Shown here piece after piece: positions 46,998 to 57,480 of a stretch of 64,000 nt of DNA. The position numbers and the translations under genes were made by a program. Each line of letters starts with the position of its first letter. The first letter of the stretch is position 1. The DNA comes from Myxococcota bacterium (GTDB taxonomy: Bacteria > Myxococcota_A > UBA796 > GCA-2862545). The notes beneath the pieces were generated by a model that worked only from the letters and a program-made list of their open reading frames with translations, was not told where the DNA came from and ran no database searches. Where the stretch lies: the NCBI GenBank assembly GCA_039208735.1, contig JBCCQY010000004.1, forward strand, positions 71,884 through 135,883, in the 5' to 3' direction.

Positions 46998-48108
46998 TTT
47001 GAGCTGGGGCCTGCATGGGCACCCCATCGATCGCCCGCAACACATCGCCGACCCGAAGGCCGGCCCGATCCGCCCGTGAGCTGGACTGTAGGGCGATCAC
47101 GCGGGCTCCAGCGCCCGTCGCGGGGCCCAGCGTCATCCCTGCCACGACCACCGGTTGACGGGCCCAGTCGGTGAGCTGCACGGGCACGCGGCGTGTCTCG
47201 CCCGACCGACGCCACACAATCTCGGTGCGCACGCCTCCAGACAGGCGATCGAGGACCGTCTGTAGGACGTCGGGGCGGGGAAGTTCGGTGTCATCGAGGG
47301 CTACGAGCACATCGCCGGGGCGCAGGCCGGCGCGATCCGCAGGGCTGCTCGGGACGACCGAACCCACGACGACTCCCAACGGGCCTCCGTCGCGAACCGA
47401 GACCCCGAGAAATGCCCGGCTGATGTGCTCGCCAGACCGGAGGCGGTCCACGACCGTGCTCAACGCTTCGATGGGGACCGCAAAGGCCACCGCCTGGCCT
47501 TGGGCGTGAGCGCCCGACAACACCGCAACCACCCGACCCCGTTGATCAAAGACCGGTCCGCCGCTGTGGCCAGGATTCAATGCCAACGACAGCTGCCAAA
47601 ACTCGACGCGAGGGCCGGATGCATCGGCGGTAAGCCGGGATCCCTGTTGGGCGAGAAGCCCCACCACCGGCGTGGATCCAAGGCCCAAGGCGTTGCCCAG
47701 GCCGATCACCCAGTCTCCCACGGTCACATCGTCGCCTCGCCCGATGGCCACGGGCGTGAGGTCTGCTCCGGGAACCGAGAGCAATGCGAGATCGGTCCGC
47801 GCATCGGTGCCCAACACGGTGGCCGGCCACGTTCGCCCGTCGGCCAACTGCACGGTGACCGAGGTGGCGTCCGTCACGAGATGCCGTGCGGTGGCGACTT
47901 CTGCGGGGGCGATCGCGAAGCCGCTACCGCTACGACGGTCATTGGCCCGCTCGCCGCGGACTTCGATGCTCACCACGCTCGGTCCGACGCGAGTCACGAT
48001 CGGCGCCACAGTGGGGAGTCCTGGCTCGCGGGGACGGGCCAGCCCAACGGCAACGGCGAGGGAAACGAACCACGCGATGCCGACCAATACCGCGTCAGCG
48101 CGATTCAT
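46906..48108 (-). CDS. HtrA/DegP-family serine protease with two PDZ domains
   Basis: GSGF, TARH, TDLAL, NPGHSGGP, SPADRAGLRPGD. Confidence 0.92.
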   Translation of the reverse strand: MNRADAVLVGIAWFVSLAVAVGLARPREPGLPTVAPIVTRVGPSVVSIEVRGERANDRRSGSGFAIAPAEVATARHLVTDATSVTVQLADGRTWPATVLGTDARTDLALLSVPGADLTPVAIGRGDDVTVGDWVIGLGNALGLGSTPVVGLLAQQGSRLTADASGPRVEFWQLSLALNPGHSGGPVFDQRGRVVAVLSGAHAQGQAVAFAVPIEALSTVVDRLRSGEHISRAFLGVSVRDGGPLGVVVGSVVPSSPADRAGLRPGDVLVALDDTELPRPDVLQTVLDRLSGGVRTEIVWRRSGETRRVPVQLTDWARQPVVVAGMTLGPATGAGARVIALQSSSRADRAGLRVGDVLRAIDGVPMQAPAQIRDRLADGAAAQLQVVRDGRLRRLAIDGRG

Positions 48109-48222
48109 CGGGGGACCTGCGGAACATTCCGTCCTCGGGTTGGGGTTCGGCTAAGCCGAACGAACAATGGCAGTTTGCAGGCGTTAGAGCTTGAGCATCG
48201 ACACCACAGAAGAGACGTCTGT

Positions 48223-51200
48223 ATGCAGCTGCCGGCTCCGTTCGGCAAATATGAGCTCCTCGAGCGGATTGCGACCGGGGGGATGGCAGAAGTGTTCCTC
48301 GCGCGTTCGTTTGGACTTGCGGGGTTTGAGAAGCGGTGCGTGGTCAAACGGCTCCGCCAGGAACTTGCCGATGATCCCCGTTTCGTGCAGATGTTCATCA
48401 ACGAGGCGAAGCTCGGCGTCCAACTGAATCACCCCAACATCGTCCAGGTCTACGAACTCGGAAAGGTGGGAACCGCCCACTACATGGCGATGGAGCACCT
48501 GCACGGTCGGGATCTGACACGGATCACCCGTCGCCTTCGCAGTACCGACGATCACATCGAGGTTCCGGTCGCGGTGGGGATCATGGCGGAGATGTGCCGT
48601 GGATTGGCCTACGCCCATGCACGCACCACGACGGATGGGACCCCGCTGGGCCTCGTCCACCGCGATGTTTCGCCCCACAACGTCCTGGTGACGTTCGCGG
48701 GCGAGGTGAAACTCGTGGACTTTGGGATTGCGCGGCTCATGAACACCGTGGAGGGCGGTGCGAACCCCAAATCGGGTCCTGGCGGTGGCAAATACGCCTA
48801 CATGAGTCCGGAGCAGGCCCGCGGCGACGTGATCGACCACCGCTCGGACCTGTTTTCGGCGGGAATCGTTTTGTGGGAGATGTTGGTCGGTCGCCGACTG
48901 TTCCACGACACCGATCCCGAGGTGAAGCTCGAACGCGTTCGCAATGCAGATGTCGTTCATCCGGGCCAACTTGGCGTGGCGGTCGACGACGATCTGTGGG
49001 CGATCCTCGAGCGGGCGCTGGCGGCGGAACGTGAGGATCGCTACCCCAACGCCGAACAGCTCGAAGAAGACCTTCGAGCCTGGCTGTTCGAACAGCGAAC
49101 CCCCGTTGGCCGGGCGGGGATCGCCACGATCGTTCGCGAGGCGTTTCCCGACGAGGCAGGATCTTCGGATGGCCTGCAGCTCAAGCAGCTGCTGGCCGAC
49201 GTGGATCGCCTCGATCCGACCCACCGCACCGAGGCCCCCGATCCGGACCCGTCCGAAACCTCCGGAGTCACCACCCTGCCCGGGCGGCTCACGGCACCGG
49301 TTGGTCAACGACGCAGCGTCGTGGTGGTCATGATCGACGTGGATGGCCTGACCGAGCTTTCCACCCGCGTCTCGCCCGAGACGATGGTCAAACGTCGCTA
49401 CCAACTGCTCCGGTGGGTCCGTCGCATCGCGGATCTGCATCACGGCTACGTACAGCGCGCGATCGACGACCAGATCACCTTGATGTTCGGGGTGCCTCGA
49501 TCCCGCTTTGACCAGGTGTCGCATGCGCTTGCGTGTGCGTTGCACCTCCAGCGCGAAGTGAGCCACCTCCGCCGCAAAGGCATGGGCCTCGAGTTCGCCA
49601 TTGGTGTGCATACTGGCGAGGTCACAACCCACGAGAGTTCCCGGCGGATTCGCTACGTGGCGCGTGGCGACACAACCCGCCTCGCCCGGCGCCTTTCCGC
49701 GGTGGCCGACCACGGTCAAGTGCTGGTCAGCGAGCGGGTGCTGGCCCAGGTCAAGGGAGAGTACCGCCTGCGCCGAGGGCACGATGTACCGTCCCGGGGA
49801 GACAGGGATGACCTGCCTTCCTACGTGGTCGAAGCGCGAACGTCAGGCCTTCGGGGAAGCCACGAAGGCACCTGGATTCGGCGAGGGAACGAACTCGAGA
49901 CGCTACGGGCAGCCTTGGTGGCCCTGGCGACCGGCCAGAGCGCCACCATGGCCCTTGTGGGCGGTGTGGGATCGGGTAAGTCCAGGTTTCTTCGTGAGAT
50001 CCGTGACCTGGCCGCCCGACGGCGGACGTTGTTTGTCGCAACCCGCTGTTCGGCGGTCCGCGAACGCCCGCTGGAGCCGCTTCGCGACCTCGTCGAAAGC
50101 ATCCTTGGCCTTGATCCCGAGGACTCGTCGGAGCGGCGGCTTGCCGCGGTCGATGCCCTCCACCAGTGGGGCATCGGGTCGCGGAACCTCGATGCGTTGC
50201 GGCAGCTGCTGGGCGCGAATGGACGGCGGTCGGTCGATCGCACCTTGGCCTGGGAAGCCTTGGCCGCGTTGTTGCGGGGACTCGCCAACGAACGGCCTGT
50301 GATCGTAGCCATCGACGAGGCGCAGCACCTCTACCCCGGGGGCCTTCGCGATCTCGCCCAGTTGCTCCGCAGCGTTCAGGACGTGCCCGTGTTGGTGCTG
50401 GTCGCGACGCGAACGAAGCCCGAGGATCTGCTTGGGCTTTGTCGCATGGTCCCGTTCGAGGCGTTTGCCCCCGATCTCCAAGTGCGTTTCGTCGAAGCGC
50501 TGCTCGGCGTGGGCCACGTCGAAGATCGAATTCTGAAGATCCTCGCCCGGACCTGCGAAGGAAATCCGCTCTACATCGAAGAAATGCTCAAGTTCCTGGT
50601 ATCGTCGGAGCGGATCGTGATCGAGGAGGGGGCGGCCCGGCTGACCGAAGCCGTGGCCGACGACGAGCTCCCCCACACGCTGCAAGCCCTGGTGACGACC
50701 CGGATCGACGAACTCGAGCCCGCGGCACGGGGGTTGTTGCAGTTGGCCGCCGTGGTGGGCCGCGAGTTCCATCTGCCCGTGTTGGCCGAGGCGGCAGGTC
50801 TCGATCCATCCCCGCTCATCTTCGACCTGCTGGCTCACGGCCTGGTGGTGCGGGAGTCGGCCGAGGAGTGGGCGTTTTCGTCGCAGCTCGTCCACGAAGC
50901 GGCGTTGCGTGGCACGCTTGGTGTACAGCGGCGCGACTACCACCGTCTCATCGCCTCGGCCCTCGAAAGCCTCTATGCCGACCGACTTGAGCCCCACTAC
51001 GAAGCGCTGATGAACCACTGCGCGGAAGGGGGGCGTCCGCTGGACGCAGCGCGGTACGCGTTTCGGGCGGGCGAAGAACTCGAGAAGAAGCAGTTTCTGG
51101 ATCGAGCCCGACTGGTCTTTCAGACCGGACTCGAGCACCTCGCGCGGACCGAACGCAACCCCGACGATTGGGATGCGCGGGTTCAAGGAGAGGCGCTTCT

Positions 51201-52185
51201 CGACTTGCACTTGGGGCAGGTTCAGTTGCTGCTGGGGGAGCTTCCGAAGGGGCGCCAGCGGTTGCAGTTGGCGCTCGACATCGCGAGCGAAGCGGGCATG
51301 CCCTGGATCGAGAGCCGAGCCCACATCGCCTTGGCGCGTACCTACATTCAGCAGTCCCGCTGGCTCCTCGCGAAGGCGCACCTCTCCCAGGCCCAGACGA
51401 GCCTGCGAATCGAAGACGACCCCGAGGTGGCCCGAGAAGCCGCCGAACTCACCGCGGTGTTGGCCTTCGAACAAGGGGAGCACGAGGCGGCCGAGCAGCT
51501 ATGGTCCGAGGCCCTCGCGTTGTCTAAGGACGATCCCGCGAGCATGGCTCGCTGTCAGATTGGGCTTGCCAACCGACATCTACACCGTGGGGATTATTCG
51601 CGAGGCCGCGAATGGCTGCAGGCGGCACTGGCGACGTCACGGCAGGCCGAGGACCGCATTCTCGAAGGGCGGGTCCTCAACAATCTGGGCCTCGTGCAAT
51701 CGTGGTCGGGCAATTTGGACGAGGCGCTCCAGTACTACCGAGCGGCCCTGCACGTGCGCGAAGGCGTGGGCTACACCCGCGGCGTGATCATCAACCACCA
51801 CAACATCGGGGACGTCCACTTCCAAAAGCACGACTACTCTCGGGCGCGCGTGTCGTTCGACCGCAGCCGAGAACTCGCGCGGACGCTTGGATGGGATCGC
51901 GGCATGGTCCTCAACGACATCTTTCTCGCGTACCTGGGCGCTCAAGCCGGTGAACACGGGGTCGAACCCATCCTCGAAGCGGTGGATCGGGCGCGTAGCC
52001 TTGGCGATGCGGAGGTCATGACTGCGGGGGAGTGGCTCGCTGGCCGCTGGTTGCTCGAAAACAACCGGGTCCGTGAAGGGCGAAGCCAGCTCGAGTTGGC
52101 GCTCGAAGACGCCGAGCAAAACGACCTTCAGTCGATGGTCGACCTGATTTCAGAACGCCTGAAGACGCTGCCGCTTACGAAGTGA
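48223..52185 (+). CDS. Ser/Thr kinase - class III cyclase-like - AAA/STAND ATPase - TPR multidomain protein
   Basis: GGMAEV, VVK, HRDVSPHN, DFG; MIDVDGLT, IGVHTG, GDTTRLARRL; GGVGSGKS, IDEAQ, GNPLYIEE; TPR-like LNNLG and HNIG repeats. Confidence 0.92.
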   Translation: MQLPAPFGKYELLERIATGGMAEVFLARSFGLAGFEKRCVVKRLRQELADDPRFVQMFINEAKLGVQLNHPNIVQVYELGKVGTAHYMAMEHLHGRDLTRITRRLRSTDDHIEVPVAVGIMAEMCRGLAYAHARTTTDGTPLGLVHRDVSPHNVLVTFAGEVKLVDFGIARLMNTVEGGANPKSGPGGGKYAYMSPEQARGDVIDHRSDLFSAGIVLWEMLVGRRLFHDTDPEVKLERVRNADVVHPGQLGVAVDDDLWAILERALAAEREDRYPNAEQLEEDLRAWLFEQRTPVGRAGIATIVREAFPDEAGSSDGLQLKQLLADVDRLDPTHRTEAPDPDPSETSGVTTLPGRLTAPVGQRRSVVVVMIDVDGLTELSTRVSPETMVKRRYQLLRWVRRIADLHHGYVQRAIDDQITLMFGVPRSRFDQVSHALACALHLQREVSHLRRKGMGLEFAIGVHTGEVTTHESSRRIRYVARGDTTRLARRLSAVADHGQVLVSERVLAQVKGEYRLRRGHDVPSRGDRDDLPSYVVEARTSGLRGSHEGTWIRRGNELETLRAALVALATGQSATMALVGGVGSGKSRFLREIRDLAARRRTLFVATRCSAVRERPLEPLRDLVESILGLDPEDSSERRLAAVDALHQWGIGSRNLDALRQLLGANGRRSVDRTLAWEALAALLRGLANERPVIVAIDEAQHLYPGGLRDLAQLLRSVQDVPVLVLVATRTKPEDLLGLCRMVPFEAFAPDLQVRFVEALLGVGHVEDRILKILARTCEGNPLYIEEMLKFLVSSERIVIEEGAARLTEAVADDELPHTLQALVTTRIDELEPAARGLLQLAAVVGREFHLPVLAEAAGLDPSPLIFDLLAHGLVVRESAEEWAFSSQLVHEAALRGTLGVQRRDYHRLIASALESLYADRLEPHYEALMNHCAEGGRPLDAARYAFRAGEELEKKQFLDRARLVFQTGLEHLARTERNPDDWDARVQGEALLDLHLGQVQLLLGELPKGRQRLQLALDIASEAGMPWIESRAHIALARTYIQQSRWLLAKAHLSQAQTSLRIEDDPEVAREAAELTAVLAFEQGEHEAAEQLWSEALALSKDDPASMARCQIGLANRHLHRGDYSRGREWLQAALATSRQAEDRILEGRVLNNLGLVQSWSGNLDEALQYYRAALHVREGVGYTRGVIINHHNIGDVHFQKHDYSRARVSFDRSRELARTLGWDRGMVLNDIFLAYLGAQAGEHGVEPILEAVDRARSLGDAEVMTAGEWLAGRWLLENNRVREGRSQLELALEDAEQNDLQSMVDLISERLKTLPLTK

Positions 52186-52879
52186 GCCGCCCGGCAAGGG
52201 CGGCCAGAAGCGCGCGGGCTTCGTCATCGAGGTCCGAGGGCAGAACGATGCGGGTACGCACAACCCAATCGTTGCCTTGGCGCCCCTTGCCGGCGAGCCG
52301 AAAGCGCGTCCCACCGTCGGTGCCCGCGGGAATGGTGAGACGGACGTCGCCTCCGGGGGTGCGGGCCGTCACGGTTCCGCCTTGCAGGGCGATCACAAGT
52401 GGCACATCGACCATGTCGGTGACGGGGCTGGGGGGAGGCGGTTCGGGCTGCGGAGGCGGCTTGGGGGGCGGAGGCCGCTTGGCGGTGTGGGGCTCCGGCC
52501 GTTTCACCGTCACCGTGTCGAAGTTCATGAGATCGTCGAGCGAAACATGGTTGGCGGGATCGTGAAGTCCCGAAGCACCACGGCGGCGGGGCGGACGTTG
52601 CGTTTCGTGACGCATCGATGCTCGCCAGAAGGTCTCGAAGGCCGAATTCGGTCCGGTCGGCCGATCGTGCCGCCGATCGTAGCGGGCGCGTAGCGTCGGA
52701 TCCGATAGCAGCTCATAGGCAGCTCGTACTGCCTTGAATCGCTGGGCCGTTTCCGGGTCGTCTCCCGCGACATCGGGGTGACATTCCCGCGCGAGTTGGC
52801 GGAAAGCCTGCTTGATTTCTTGATCGGAAGCCGTTTGGGGAATCCCGAGCACTGCGTAAGGGTCGCGTTGCATCGTCAT
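52175..52879 (-). CDS. DnaJ-class co-chaperone (J domain + short C domain)
   Basis: DPYAVLG, CHPD, AYELLSD..RARYD; IPAGT...RLAGKG. Confidence 0.9.
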   Translation of the reverse strand: MTMQRDPYAVLGIPQTASDQEIKQAFRQLARECHPDVAGDDPETAQRFKAVRAAYELLSDPTLRARYDRRHDRPTGPNSAFETFWRASMRHETQRPPRRRGASGLHDPANHVSLDDLMNFDTVTVKRPEPHTAKRPPPPKPPPQPEPPPPSPVTDMVDVPLVIALQGGTVTARTPGGDVRLTIPAGTDGGTRFRLAGKGRQGNDWVVRTRIVLPSDLDDEARALLAALAGRLTS

Positions 52880-52981
52880 CCTTCTGACCCACTTCGGCCA
52901 ATTGTGCGTGCCTGGGGACGTTACGGCGTGGGAAGGCCATGAGAAGCCGCGGGTTTCGGGTTCGAGAGGGGTCGAGGTTCG

Positions 52982-53010
52982 TTGACCCCCCGAGAGCACG
53001 TGCCTATAGT
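52982..53010 (+). promoter_or_regulatory. Sigma70-type promoter of clpX
   Basis: TTGACC (52982-52987), 17-bp spacer, TATAGT (53005-53010), 26 bp before the ATG. Confidence 0.7.
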
Positions 53011-53036
53011 GCGGTAGAGAGGGCGAAGAAGCCAGC

Positions 53037-54311
53037 ATGGGAAAGTACAGCAATCCAAGCGGCTTGAGCTGCTCCTTCTGTCACAAGTCGCAGCGCGAGG
53101 TCGACAAGATCATCGCGGGCCCGAACGTCTATATTTGCAGCGAATGCATTCGGCTCTGCCTGGATATCATTCGTGAAAACACCCAGCAGAAACCTGTCAG
53201 CTGGGGCAATAATGGCGTACCGTCGCCCGCAAAGATCAAAGCCTACCTCGACCAGTACGTGGTTGGGCAGGACATGGCGAAGCGAAAGATCGCGGTCGCC
53301 GTCTACAATCACTACAAGCGCCTCGAGGCGAACTCGAAGCCGGGTGAGTCCGACGTTGAGGTCCAGAAGTCCAACGTGCTCCTGATCGGGCCCACGGGCA
53401 CCGGCAAGACGCTGTTGGCACGGACGCTGGCGCGATTCTTGGACGTCCCGTTCGTCATCGCCGATGCGACGACGCTTACGGAGGCCGGCTACGTCGGCGA
53501 GGACGTTGAGAACATCGTCCTCAACCTCTACCAGGCGTCGAACAACAACCTCGAGCGGACCCAGCGGGGCATCGTGTACATCGACGAGATCGACAAGCTC
53601 TCGAAGAAGAGCTTTACGTCGTCCGTCAGCCGCGATGTCTCCGGTGAAGGGGTGCAGCAGGCGTTGCTCAAGCTGCTCGAAGGGACCGTGGCAAACATCC
53701 AGGTCCGGGGCAACAAACGCCTGCCGAATCAGGAGCACGTGCAGATCGACACGCGCAACATCCTGTTCATCGTCGGCGGGAGTTTCGAAGGCCTCGAGCG
53801 CATCGTTGAGCAGCGTGTGGGTCGTCGTTCCGTCGGCTTCGAGCGCGAGGCTCAGGTTCAGGGGCGCACCGATCCCGAAGCGATCGAGGAGCGCCGTGGT
53901 CTGCTCAAGCAGGTAAACACGGAAGATCTCGACAAGTTTGGGCTCATCCCAGAGTTTATCGGCCGCCTGCCTGTGGTCGCGGTGATGGACCCCCTTGGGG
54001 TTGATGATCTCATTCACGTGCTCACGGAGCCGAAGAACGCCTTGGTGAAGCAGTACCAGAAGCTGCTGAAGTTCGAGAAGGTGAAGCTTCGGTTTACGCC
54101 AGCTGCGATCCGTCGCATCGCCGAGAAGGCGACCGAACGTAAATCCGGGGCACGCGGGCTTCGAGCCATCATGGAACAGGTGATGCTCGGCGTGATGTAC
54201 GAAGTTCCAAGCATCGAGAACCTGTCCGAAGTGCTCGTTGGTGAAGACGTCGTCGATGGCACCGGGGAGCCCGAGTACCAGACGATGCAGGAGTTCGGGG
54301 CTGGCTCGTAG
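53037..54311 (+). CDS. clpX: ATP-dependent Clp protease ATP-binding subunit ClpX
   Basis: CSFC...ICSEC zinc domain, [45 protein letters not shown]. Confidence 0.96.
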   Translation: MGKYSNPSGLSCSFCHKSQREVDKIIAGPNVYICSECIRLCLDIIRENTQQKPVSWGNNGVPSPAKIKAYLDQYVVGQDMAKRKIAVAVYNHYKRLEANSKPGESDVEVQKSNVLLIGPTGTGKTLLARTLARFLDVPFVIADATTLTEAGYVGEDVENIVLNLYQASNNNLERTQRGIVYIDEIDKLSKKSFTSSVSRDVSGEGVQQALLKLLEGTVANIQVRGNKRLPNQEHVQIDTRNILFIVGGSFEGLERIVEQRVGRRSVGFEREAQVQGRTDPEAIEERRGLLKQVNTEDLDKFGLIPEFIGRLPVVAVMDPLGVDDLIHVLTEPKNALVKQYQKLLKFEKVKLRFTPAAIRRIAEKATERKSGARGLRAIMEQVMLGVMYEVPSIENLSEVLVGEDVVDGTGEPEYQTMQEFGAGS

Positions 54312-54383
54312 AATGGGGTTGTGCTCCCGGTTTGTTACGGGGGCCCCCTTTTCGTGAACCGCCGCGGACGGTACAACGGCTGA

Positions 54384-54932
54384 GTGTCGAACCTAGCCCC
54401 CAGCTTGCTGATCGCGTCCCCGCAGATGCGGAACCCGTTCTTCGAGCGCACGGTCGTGTTGCTCTGGCACCATGACGAAGACGGTGCCATCGGCGTTGTG
54501 GTGAACCGCACGCTCGAACAACGGCTCCCCGACGTGCTCGACCTCGATGAAGATGTGGACCTGTCCGTCTACCAGGACACCCCCGTGGTGTGGGGTGGAC
54601 CGGTCGAAACCACGATGGGCACGGTGGTCACGACAGAGCCGTCCACGATTGGGGAGGACGGTTGGCAACTCCCTCGCGGACTGGGCGTCACGCGGTCCCA
54701 TGATGGGCTGATTCAAGTGGTCCGCGCCCGAGCCCCACTCATGCTCTGCCTTGGCTACGCAGGCTGGGGGGCGGGCCAGCTCGATCGCGAGATCGAGGAG
54801 GGCGGTTGGCTGTTCACCGATGCGGATCCCTTCCTGCTCTTTCAGACGCCCTCTGAAGAGCGCTACGAGCGGGCGCTGGCCACGTTGGGCCTCACTCCCT
54901 CAACGGTGTGGATGCAGCCCATCGACGAGTGA
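54384..54932 (+). CDS. yqgE: YqgE/AlgH (DUF179) family protein
   Basis: LLIASP...FERTV, GAIGVVVN, GGPV, GYAGWGAGQLDREI. Confidence 0.92.
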   Translation: MSNLAPSLLIASPQMRNPFFERTVVLLWHHDEDGAIGVVVNRTLEQRLPDVLDLDEDVDLSVYQDTPVVWGGPVETTMGTVVTTEPSTIGEDGWQLPRGLGVTRSHDGLIQVVRARAPLMLCLGYAGWGAGQLDREIEEGGWLFTDADPFLLFQTPSEERYERALATLGLTPSTVWMQPIDE

Positions 54933-54996
54933 TCTCACTCGATTCGTGTGGCCCGTCCCATCGAGCGGCGCGTCAGCGCAACCGAGAGCAGCGGGC

Positions 54997-56196
54997 TCAG
55001 GGTTCCATTGCAAATGCGATGAGGGCGGCGACGAGCGACAGCACGGTGCAGCTGGTGGCGAGGACGCCCATCACGACCGCAAGTCCGCCGAGCATGAACC
55101 ACGAGGAGCCTTCGGCGTCGTGTTGGGTGGGACCCGACGCACCGACTCCCCGAGGGGTGACCTCCGTGGGTAGGCCTGCGAGCAGCGTGGTGCCCCGAGG
55201 GAGCAATTCGGAGGGCTCATCGAGCGGCACGGGCGTGGTGGAGCCGCTTGGCGCCGCGACGGACTCAGTGATGATCACCGTTTGACCTACCAACGGGTCG
55301 GTGGTGGCGAGTTCGCGAGAGGCATCGATCACGGGCACGATGTGAACGCTGGACCACGCCTCGAGCGTAGGGCCGCCCAAGCGTTCCGCGAGGGCCCCAA
55401 GCTGGTCACGGAGCTGGGCTGCCGTGGGCCGTTCGCTCGGTTCCCACTGCAACATTCCTAAAAGCGCGTCGCGCATCGAGCGGTAGACCGGCTTGAGGTC
55501 GTCGAGGTGATCGTCGACCTGTTCGGTGAAGCGCTGCGGGTGCACTTGGGGTTGGCCCCAGCGACGCGCCATCGCGGCTTCCCACAAGGTGAGGCCGAGC
55601 GCATAGATATCGGCTGCGGGGGTGGGCTTTTTTCCCGCGAGGATCTCGGGAGCGAAGTAGTGCAACGTGCCGAGTACGAGCCCCGAGGTGACGCTCTCCC
55701 GAGACTCGAATGCGGCGCGGGCCACGCCAAAGTCCATCAGATAGACCTCGCCGGCTTCTCCGACAATGACGTTTTCAGGCTTCACGTCGCGATGCACGTA
55801 CTCGAGGGCGCGGCCGGTGGTGGGGTCTTCGGCGCCGTGGGCATGGGCAAGAATCCCCGCGACCGCCGCGCCGATGTGGGCCAATGGGCCCGGAGGAATG
55901 GGTCCTGCCGCGAGGAGTCTTCCGAGATCGGCACCCGGGACGTAGTCCATGAGCACCGCATCGTGCCCCGCCATGTGGACCAGCTCGACGACGCCGAGGA
56001 GGTGGGGGTGCTGAATCATCGGCAACAGCCGGGCGGCATCGCGCATGCGGGCACGAAAGTCGTCCTGATCTGGGGTGTCGTGCCCAATCACCTTGACCGC
56101 GTGGGCACGGGCCCCCGGCGGGCTTTGGAGCTCCCCATGGTAGACCCGACCGAATGGGTCGTCCTGGATGACGCGATTGAACGTGAGCGTTCGCAT
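54997..56196 (-). CDS. Ser/Thr protein kinase with C-terminal TM
   Basis: FGRVY, AVK, HRDVKPEN, DFG, APE, DIYALG. Confidence 0.92.
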   Translation of the reverse strand: MRTLTFNRVIQDDPFGRVYHGELQSPPGARAHAVKVIGHDTPDQDDFRARMRDAARLLPMIQHPHLLGVVELVHMAGHDAVLMDYVPGADLGRLLAAGPIPPGPLAHIGAAVAGILAHAHGAEDPTTGRALEYVHRDVKPENVIVGEAGEVYLMDFGVARAAFESRESVTSGLVLGTLHYFAPEILAGKKPTPAADIYALGLTLWEAAMARRWGQPQVHPQRFTEQVDDHLDDLKPVYRSMRDALLGMLQWEPSERPTAAQLRDQLGALAERLGGPTLEAWSSVHIVPVIDASRELATTDPLVGQTVIITESVAAPSGSTTPVPLDEPSELLPRGTTLLAGLPTEVTPRGVGASGPTQHDAEGSSWFMLGGLAVVMGVLATSCTVLSLVAALIAFAMEP

Positions 56197-56331
56197 GCTT
56201 CGAACCCCTAACGCGCGGATTGGCGTCATCGACGTCGCAACCCCATCCCTCGCCAAGAGCCGGCAAAGGTCGCTCGCGCATCCTCTGCGGTCTCCGCTGA
56301 GCTTGCTACGAGAGGACCGAGGAGCGGAACC

Positions 56332-57480
56332 ATGATCGCATTCGCCTGGTTGTTGTCGTGCATGGATCCCAACCAGGGAACCCTGTCGCAGAACGTCGGC
56401 AGCGCATTTGCGCCCTGTAACGAGGCCGAAATCGGGTTCTATGCGAACAAGCACAACTTCATGACCGCGTTCCGTCCGTGCGGGAACAACCACTTCGAGG
56501 CCTTTGCGTGGTCTCCGGACGGCAAGAAGCTGTACTTCCAGCTCGGCACTGAACACCACATCATGGACGCCGAGGCCAAGGACAAAGCGACGCGGGTCGT
56601 TCCCACCCCGTCGCACGTAGGTCCTGCCACTTGGTTGTCGCCCAGCCGCCTTGTGGTGCCGGTTCGGCCGGGTACCGACGCCGCGGCCGATGCGCCCGAT
56701 CAACTTGCGCTTTATGACCTCGATCAAGCCTCGGTGTTCGCCGTCGATCTGCCCAAGGGGCTGACCGGCCTCCAAGATCTCCAGCCTGCAGGTGAGGCAG
56801 GGGTCATCCTGATGTCGGTGCCCCAGAACGGGACTCGAACGATCCTGCGCACCGCGGTGGCGGACGCGTCGATGACGCCAGCGTTTGAATGGTTGAACGC
56901 CGAAGTTCTCGATGGAAAGGCCATCCAGAACTTCACCTACACCCCCGAGCAGGATGCGCTGCTCGTCGCGACCACCGACGAAGTGCACTGGTTCATTGGC
57001 AAGACCGGTGAAAAGAAGGCGACGTACCCGAAAGCACGCCGAGCCTCGCTGCACCGCGATGGGCGGTGGCTCATGATCGAGTCTTTGGGCGATCAGCAGT
57101 CGGTCTTTTACCAGCGTGCGTGGGATGAGCTGCCCGAGAAAGCTCGGGAGCGGGAGCAGCGTCGCGCAGCGCGCTTCGAGGAAACGCTTCCCGAAAGCTA
57201 CCAGACCAAGGTCCGGCCCCCCATGCTGTCGTTCGTCGACGTGCCGTCAGGGCGCCGGTGGAAGATCACGAGTGTCCATGGGTCGCAGTTTTCGTGGTAC
57301 CCCATGTCGCTCTTTGGGTCCTTCATGATGTGGGGCTTTGAAGGCAAGCAGTTCCGAAAGAACGTCCTGCTTGGAAACTTCGCCACCCGACTCCTCACGG
57401 CCGCAGCCGACAGCACCTACATTGGGGTGGAGCCGTTTGAGCCCGTGGAACCCAAGACCGAAGCTCCTGTCGCAGAATAG
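56332..57480 (+). CDS. Lipoprotein with TolB-like beta-propeller features
   Basis: Lipobox LLSC; FAWSPDGKKLYF; DGRWL. Confidence 0.72.
   Translation: MIAFAWLLSCMDPNQGTLSQNVGSAFAPCNEAEIGFYANKHNFMTAFRPCGNNHFEAFAWSPDGKKLYFQLGTEHHIMDAEAKDKATRVVPTPSHVGPATWLSPSRLVVPVRPGTDAAADAPDQLALYDLDQASVFAVDLPKGLTGLQDLQPAGEAGVILMSVPQNGTRTILRTAVADASMTPAFEWLNAEVLDGKAIQNFTYTPEQDALLVATTDEVHWFIGKTGEKKATYPKARRASLHRDGRWLMIESLGDQQSVFYQRAWDELPEKAREREQRRAARFEETLPESYQTKVRPPMLSFVDVPSGRRWKITSVHGSQFSWYPMSLFGSFMMWGFEGKQFRKNVLLGNFATRLLTAAADSTYIGVEPFEPVEPKTEAPVAE

Noticed and set aside
47425..48222. Long N-terminal extensions in the ORF track (47425, 3346, 11476, 12670, 57054, 60500)
   Set aside because: They overlap other real genes. 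Downstream starts with RBS or domain boundaries fit better.
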